Shown here: positions 47,201 through 53,535 of the stretch, one piece after another
How positions within the stretch are numbered: position 1 is the stretch's first letter
How the letters are laid out: the number at the start of each line of letters is the position of its first letter
Source: Fistulifera solaris
Taxonomy: Eukaryota
NCBI GenBank assembly: GCA_030295235.1
Contig: AP026134.1
Location: 1,302,001 to 1,355,535 of the forward strand
DNA: 53,535 nucleotides
Direction: 5' to 3'
Made by a program: the position numbers and the translations under genes
Notes under the pieces: generated by a model
Seen by the model: the letters and a program-made list of their open reading frames with translations, nothing else
The model's database searches: none
Told to the model about the DNA's origin: nothing

Positions 47201-49823
47201 AAGCGGAAGTGTCTTGGTTGCCACTGGAATCAGAAGACGCTTCATCGGGTACATAATCCGCTGGATAGGATGAAGGAAAAATTGTGGATTTTCCCAAAGT
47301 CTGACTCATAACATCGAATTTCCAAGGATCCCAGGTCTCTGCTCTTTCGAATGCGCCTCGACTTGGAGAAGGCGTTCTCGCCCCGAGAGAAGTCTCTAGC
47401 CCCGATCCCGCAAAATCTTCAAGCGTGGACGATGGAAACTGTGAAGATTTTCCTAGAGTCTGACTCATTACATCGAATTTCCAAGGATCCCACGTTTCTG
47501 CTCTATCATAGGCATTAGTAGAGCGCTGACTGGAACTAGCACCACCACCGTCCGCCGAGTAACCCTGTTTCGCGTCGCCCGTCTCTGAATAAGAATCCGA
47601 TCCAGGAAAAGTGTAGTCCCAACCTTGATCATCCTGCTGAGTGTCGAGTATCACATTCTCCGATTCAGAACCGCCCCCTTCACCAGACATCTTTGACTTC
47701 GCTAACTGATTCACAAAAGAACCAAAAGTTACTTGGTGGTTTTCTTGGGTCCCACTCCTCAACGACTGAATCGCTCCTTATCTCGTCATCGACTATGACA
47801 GTTGGATTGGAAGCCGTACCGCCTTGCACTGGCTCCTTGGGTAAGCTATCATTCGCAACCGCTTCCACGTATGCGCCAAACTCACTAGCGACCTTCGGAG
47901 TGCCGTCCGCTTTAGTTTCTTCTACCGGCATGCTTCCTTTTGCTACTTCCTTTACAAAGAGCCAAACTCCTCTGCGGGCTTCGCGGACCCACCACCAGAA
48001 TCGGGCATCATATCCTTTGCGATTTGTTGTACAAATGAGCCGAAATTTGTCGGTGGCTTAGTTGGATCGAATCCATTGCTGCTTAGAACTGTGTCGGACT
48101 TATAAGAGCTGGGTGGACTAAACGTGTCTTTTGGTAATAGAGGAGCAGGAGGTGATCCAGGCTCAAATGACGGACTTCCCGGAGCAAGACTATCGTTCGG
48201 CAGTAATGGCGAAGGAGGTGAGCAGGCTTTAAAGGCTGGAATGGTCGTGCCGGTATTCACATCGGGAACAAGTGGAGCTGGTGGAGATCCAGGCTCAAAC
48301 TTGGGACTAACTAATGAAGCACTTTCTTTCGGTAGCAACGGCGCAGGAGGGGGGCCGGGCTCAAAGGCTACGCTGTAAGGTGTAAAGTTGTCGTCGGGCA
48401 TGAGCGGCGTGGTACGAGACGAGGACACGACCGGAAAAGGGCGTGCGGCGTCTACGTCAATATCATCGAGCGGTTTAGAAGCTTCGAGATCCGCTGATGG
48501 GAAAGGAGCAATTGGAGAAAGTGTGACATTCTCATCTGAGGTACCATTAAGTGTGTCGAATCGCATAGTCTCTTTGCTGGAAATCATGCTAATGGCCGAA
48601 AATGCAGCGTCCTCTGCACTTGTGTTAGCCAAACTGAAAGTTTCCTTTATAGCAGACTCAAAACTTTGACCAAGAGAAGTAAGGTTCGACTTGCCCTCAA
48701 TAGTCGGCACAGAAGTTGGCCGTTTTCGATCCGACTTGGCGGGTTCATCCAACCACGTCACCTTCATCTTTGGTATCTTCTTGACTAGCCGCTTCGACGT
48801 ATTGTTCTCCTCTTCCCCTAGCTTATTTGGCTGCGATTTAGAAGTCTCCAATACAGGTGTTGTTCTGTTCGATAGCGTAACGTCTATCGACGCCGATGAC
48901 GATGACCTCTCTTTTCTTGAAATAGTTGAATTGCCTGGAACGACGTCCGTTGCATTTGATGCGTTCGCTAATCCGGCATCCACAGCTATAGTGGTATTTC
49001 TCGCAAGAAGACCCGTGGACTCTTTCGACGGAAAGGGAGAATCTGTGTCGACCGGGTCGGCAGTTTCTAAAGTCGCGTTGTCCGTTGAAAGTGATAAATA
49101 AGCCTGCACCAAGGAATCATTTGAACCTACGGTAGACACAAGAGTCCTGGTCAAATTAGTGGAAAGCCCTTTCTCGAGTTGGTTCTCTTGCAACGAGTTA
49201 GCCGATAATTTCGATTTCGTTGCAGTCGGCTGCGTCGCATTCAAATCGCCAAAAAATCCTGCCAAAGCTCTCGCCACCGATGATATCGGTTTCTTGTCAA
49301 CACCAGATTTTGTGTCATTATATCTTGGACTGTTCGTATTGTTCAGTAAATAACTGTTTGGACCAGTGGCTTCGTTTTCGAGAACGGTGCTGTTGGTGTT
49401 TTCTTTGTGAATGATGCCTTTAGTCTCTGTTGTGGCTGTTGCGTTTCTTTCGCTGGATTCACCTGGATTCCGCTGTGCGAAAAGCGAAGTTTTCCACCGT
49501 CGACCTTCTATCATTCTGGCGCTTTGTCGCTTATTTAAGCGAACCCAGGGAAGTTGTCCGACTACTTTTGCCTCATCATGTTTCTCTGAAGTCGATTGTT
49601 GGCTGTTCACTTTTCTGCGTTTCCCGATCGCTCGACTAAGATCCTCATCTTCAATGTTGATATCTCTCTTGTTAGTGTTATCCGGAAGGGGAATGAAATG
49701 TGGTTGTAGGGCGCCGCAATAGAGATGGTGCAAAGGGACGGTGACCCATCCCTCCGCATAGATCACAAGATGAATAAAAAGGATAGGAAGACAGTAAATC
49801 GCTCGTTTCCGTGTTTGTCGCAT
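44253..49823 (-). CDS. Very large (~1,850 aa if joined) orphan disordered multi-repeat protein, signal + EG|W; about 4 frameshifts
   Basis: MRQTRKRAIYCLPILFIHLVIYAEG|WVT. The FGSFVxxxAK repeat spans the breaks at ~47950 and ~47725; further joins at ~45810 and ~45560. The 3' part could be a separate gene. Confidence 0.6.
46560..47515 (-). repeat. Six coding repeats AETWDPWKFDV[ML]SQTLGKSTxFPSS separated by Ser-rich spacers
   Basis: Six copies counted in ORF 45768-47762. Confidence 0.92.
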
Positions 49824-50648
49824 TCTTTGTGTGAGTTTATATCAACAGTTTGAAGTCAAGTAGCAGTAAAGCCTCATGTCCTCCTTTGTCTGAATGAAAA
49901 GGCTTCGCACTGTATTCATTCGTTTTTGTAATGTTGCGATTGCTAGTACCTCGCGCCATCACGATCACGATGCAACACGAAAAACGAGACACGAGACGAC
50001 ACGAGCGCTTCGAACTCGGCGAGCAGATCTTTCGTCTGAGTTGCAGTTCTACACTTCGGTGATATACAGTTAGCAGCAGGTAAGAACAGATGGCTGTCTT
50101 GATTTGTACCGTGAGTACCACACCCTGTACTTCAAATTGTATAGTCAGCGATCGGATCGCCATTTTGAATATTTTCCTTGCTTTTAAGTAAACGTGTGTC
50201 CAACGCCAGATCATGGATTGTATTATGGCCAACCGAAAATTATCTCTTATATACTAGTAAGCGTCTGAATATGAAATATCGCTGCTGGCAGACAGCACAA
50301 TCCCGAAAGGACTGATGTCATCGATGTGTCTCTCCGTAGAATTTACGCGCGTTTGTCGTAGGGAAAGAATAGAAACACAAGGTGACGTGGCCTGTCCGCC
50401 GCTCATGCAAATTGCAACGTTCAAGTCTTAGTACACTAAGACTGTATATACCAGTAACATGCATTGCGTCCGTCGCTCTCTTTTCTCGTACGTTTCATTC
50501 AGCTCGCAAATCCTCCGACAAACCATCACAAAACGACGCAGATCGACAATCAACAACTTTTAAAAACAAACGACCGCTTTGTCCCTCCATTGCAATAGCA
50601 ACCGAACTTCTTGCTTGATATTATTTTAGAAAGGCAGCCTCGCTAATA

Positions 50649-51888
50649 ATGACATCAATATCTTTGAAACGCCTTCCTACGAGCCGTCGATGGCTCGTAG
50701 CGCATCACCTCCTTTTCTCGGCTGTCGCACCAATCAACGCGTGGATTGTACCCCCTCCTGTCTTTGATCCTAGAAATCCTATGCCTCCGCAATATTCTTT
50801 CTTTCCGGATGAACCCATGGGTGCTCGAAATAGCGGTCTCTACGGTCGAATAGGGCAGGACGAGCCATTTGTACACCTAATGCAAGACTGGAAGCCTTCG
50901 GTCGGACCTTTCTTTAACAACCCGGAACCCCGAGAATGGAGAGAACCCAACAACGGACATTATCAAGCACCAGAGCACATGCCTTCGTCATCTCCCTACT
51001 ACCGCGAGCATCAAGTTCAGCAGCCGCTCGGTCCGAATGCTTGGGGAAACCCGCTGCCGGAAGCTATGGTTCTTCATTTGCGCCCGATGGGACTTTTGCC
51101 GGGCGGAGACGTGAGGTCGCAGTCCCCAAATAATGACTCCTGGAATACACAACGTCCGAACAAGTCTCCTTGGCCGGAATGCGTCGCCTCATTCTTGGCG
51201 AATAGTGGGGTAAATCCTGCTAGTTCGCAGCAGTGGATGAATGAAGAGCAAAAACAGACCGTCACGACAGGCCACCGAATATGATGGAAGAGCCTCCGCC
51301 AAGGACTCTGGGATATGGTCATTGGCGAACATTCGATCCTCGCTCCCCTCTTGGCTACCAGTCAAATTACCCACGATCTCAATGGCGCGCTCGTGGCGAG
51401 CCTATGTTCAATGATGCACCATGGCAGGCCGTCGCGATATTATGACTTCGCACTACGCTTCTGTGGGTGCCGATGAGCCGTGGGGAAAGTCTTGGAATAT
51501 GCAACACGAGAAAACTTCAATTTGGGAAGGACCAAGTCATTCGTCATCCTCGTTTGGTTCTGGCTCTTTCTACAGTCAATCGGTGCATACGACCCAAACT
51601 TCGTTTGATGGAAGTTCGAGATCTGGTTCTTCTACAAACTTCGACAAGCAGTCAGGTAAAACTTCCAGTAAAGTTATCGGGCGAATTCTATGTGGAGTCA
51701 GAAGCAATAAAAGACAAAGGAATGGTGAAGGCGGCTGCATTTACCCAACGAACTGTTGCTCCAACCAATGGTGTTGTTGGGATGCCCTCTACCTTCAAAG
51801 CTACCTTGACACCCTTTCTCCAAGAAGTTTCTCCGCGGGGCGATGGAAGGGTCCAAATTTTATGCCATACAAAGGCCCACAACATTAG
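50649..51888 (+). CDS. Orphan Pro/Trp-rich putative plastid-targeted protein (NA|W), several frameshifts; ends SYLDTLS..KGPNFMPYKGPQH
   Basis: LLFSAVAPINA|WIVPPP; ORF pieces 50649-51284, 51421-51888 and 51467-51892; C-terminus matches the gene at 7605-8297. Confidence 0.55.
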
Positions 51889-52508
51889 GTAGAACTTCGA
51901 ATAGTACTGCAATTATAATAGAAATTAATTTTAGTGATTGGCGAACTATGATGACAACAATCTTTTATAATTAATCGGCTTGACCCAGAGTGCGTTATGC
52001 CCAGCGCAGAGAGCTGCGCAACTTCGAAAAGACAACCGACACACAAATCTGAGGCTCCAGGGTACCGGTACCTCTCTTGGAGTTGATAACGGCAAAGAAC
52101 AAAATCCCTGATGCAGGGAAGGATCACCCGATCTGAAGTGATATAAATGCAACACTCTACTTACTAGCACTCTTTCCTGTTGCAGCAAAATCAACACCTC
52201 ATGTCCATGAAAGCGGTAAACTGACGCGCAGGGAGTTTTAAGCTTCTCACCTACACATCATTGATTACAAGTACTTGCCATAAGAAAATCTGCCGGGGCA
52301 CAAATCTGTCTCAGAATCACTAAAACACACATTATCGACTATGGTGGAATCACACTGACTCGTAGAAAATGATTGTACACTGTACAGCTAAGAGATAACC
52401 GAATGCAGATAGAAGCACATTCTAGAGATTTATTGCTATGCCTCATGCCTCTGAGCATAAAACTCCACACCTCCCAGATTACACCTTGGGTCTAATGGGC
52501 GCGGCAAA

Positions 52509-52690
52509 TGCTTGCTGCAAAAGTTCTGACTGCTGCAAAAGTTCGACAATTGAAGAAAGTTCCAACTATTTCAAAAATTCCGACTATTGCAGAAGTTGCA
52601 ACTATCAGAAAATTTCTGACAACTGAAAAAGTTCTGACTATTGAAAAATTTTCAACTAGTGCAAAAGTTCCAACTATTACTAAAAATTTG
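52509..52690 (+). repeat. Degenerate ~18-bp subtelomeric tandem repeat (aaaagttc[ct][ag]actattgc-like)
   Basis: About 10 degenerate units visible. Confidence 0.8.
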
Positions 52691-52806
52691 GACATTTGTA
52701 TGGGCTGGCGTGTAAAGGACCCCCTTCTCTGACCCCCTTCTTCCGTCTTTGACCCCCTCCGTCATCTCAGACCAAAACAATCATTGCTGGACTTCCGAAT
52801 ATTGCA

Positions 52807-52950
52807 GAAGTGTGCAATAGTCGGAAGTGTGCAATAGTCGGAAGTGTGCAATAGTCGGAAGTGTGCAATAGTCAGAAGTGTGCAATAGTCAGAAGTGAGC
52901 AATAGTCGGAACTGTGCCATAGTCGGAACTGTGCCATAGTGGGAAGTGTG
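52807..52950 (+). repeat. 17-bp subtelomeric tandem repeat GAAGTGTGCAATAGTCG, ~8 copies
   Basis: Seen directly. Confidence 0.92.
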
Positions 52951-53233
52951 CTCACTTCTCACATCTCACTTCTCACTTCTCACATCTCACATCTCACTTC
53001 TCACTTCTCACATCTCACTTCTCACTTCTCACTTAACACTTCTCACTTCTCACTTCTCACATCTCATTTCTAACATCTCACTTCTCACATCTCACTTCTC
53101 ACATCTCACTTCTCAGTTCTCACTTCTCACATCTCACTTCTCACATCTCACTTCTCACATCTCACTTCTCATATCTCACTTCTCACTTCTCACTTCTCAC
53201 ATCTCATTTCTCACATCTCACATCTCACTTCTC
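52951..53233 (+). repeat. Telomere-adjacent heptamer satellite (CTCACTT/CTCACAT)n, ~40 units
   Basis: Seen directly; almost no G on the + strand. Confidence 0.95.
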
Positions 53234-53535
53234 AGGGTTAGGGTTAGGGTTAGGGTTAGGGTTAGGGTTAGGGTTAGGGTTAGGGTTAGGGTTAGGGTTG
53301 GGGTTAGGGTTAGGGTTAGGGTTAGGGTTAGGGTTAGGGTTAGGGTTAGGGTTAGGGTTAGGGTTAGGGTTAGGGTTAGGGTTAGGGTTAGGGTTAGGGT
53401 TAGGGTTAGGGTTAGGGTTAGGGTTAGGGTTAGGGTTAGGGTTAGGGTTAGGGTTAGGGTTAGGGTTAGGGTTAGGGTTAGGGTTAGGGTTAGGGTTAGG
53501 AGTTAGGGTTAGGGTTAGGGTTAGGGTTAGGGTTA
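53234..53535 (+). repeat. Telomere (TTAGGG)n
   Basis: About 50 units running to the end of the window, G-rich strand oriented 5'->3' toward the end; two variant units (TTGGGG, TTAGGAG). Confidence 0.98.

Noticed and set aside
46560..47515. CRISPR-like repeat-spacer appearance (also 27030-28005)
   Set aside because: The repeats are in-frame coding units with synonymous variation, no cas genes are present, and the context is eukaryotic.
52438..52962. Short ORFs over the subtelomeric arrays
   Set aside because: By-products of the 17- and 18-bp tandem repeats.
52946..53506. 186-aa ORF (LLTSH)n(RV)n
   Set aside because: It is only the translation of the heptamer satellite and telomere repeats.

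Overview
This is the last ~53.5 kb of a eukaryotic chromosome arm, ending in (TTAGGG)n on the + strand. Gene density, short GT-AG introns, bipartite signal+F/W plastid presequences and family content suggest a diatom or related stramenopile (inference). Recognisable genes: a bZIP factor, a phytocyanin-type cupredoxin, a protein kinase, UBA3, aldose 1-epimerase, S8/S1/S10 proteases, a CDF metal transporter and TMEM65. There is also a truncated non-LTR retrotransposon remnant. The main unexplained signal is 11 orphan, low-complexity genes in two blocks (1.5-28.4 kb and 44-52 kb). All start with a signal peptide followed by A/G|W or A|F. Most are otherwise unalignable but share short motifs (PADV/PQ[DG][VI], [SP]ADVxxx[IV][KR]I, RWxEAA[RK]R, SYLDx[LM], KGPNF[LM]PYKGPQ). 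Most also carry TGACGT bZIP-type elements upstream, and a bZIP gene sits at the edge of the first block. Many genes are split by single-base frameshifts, often in homopolymers and probably assembly errors, so the gene models here join several ORF-track pieces.
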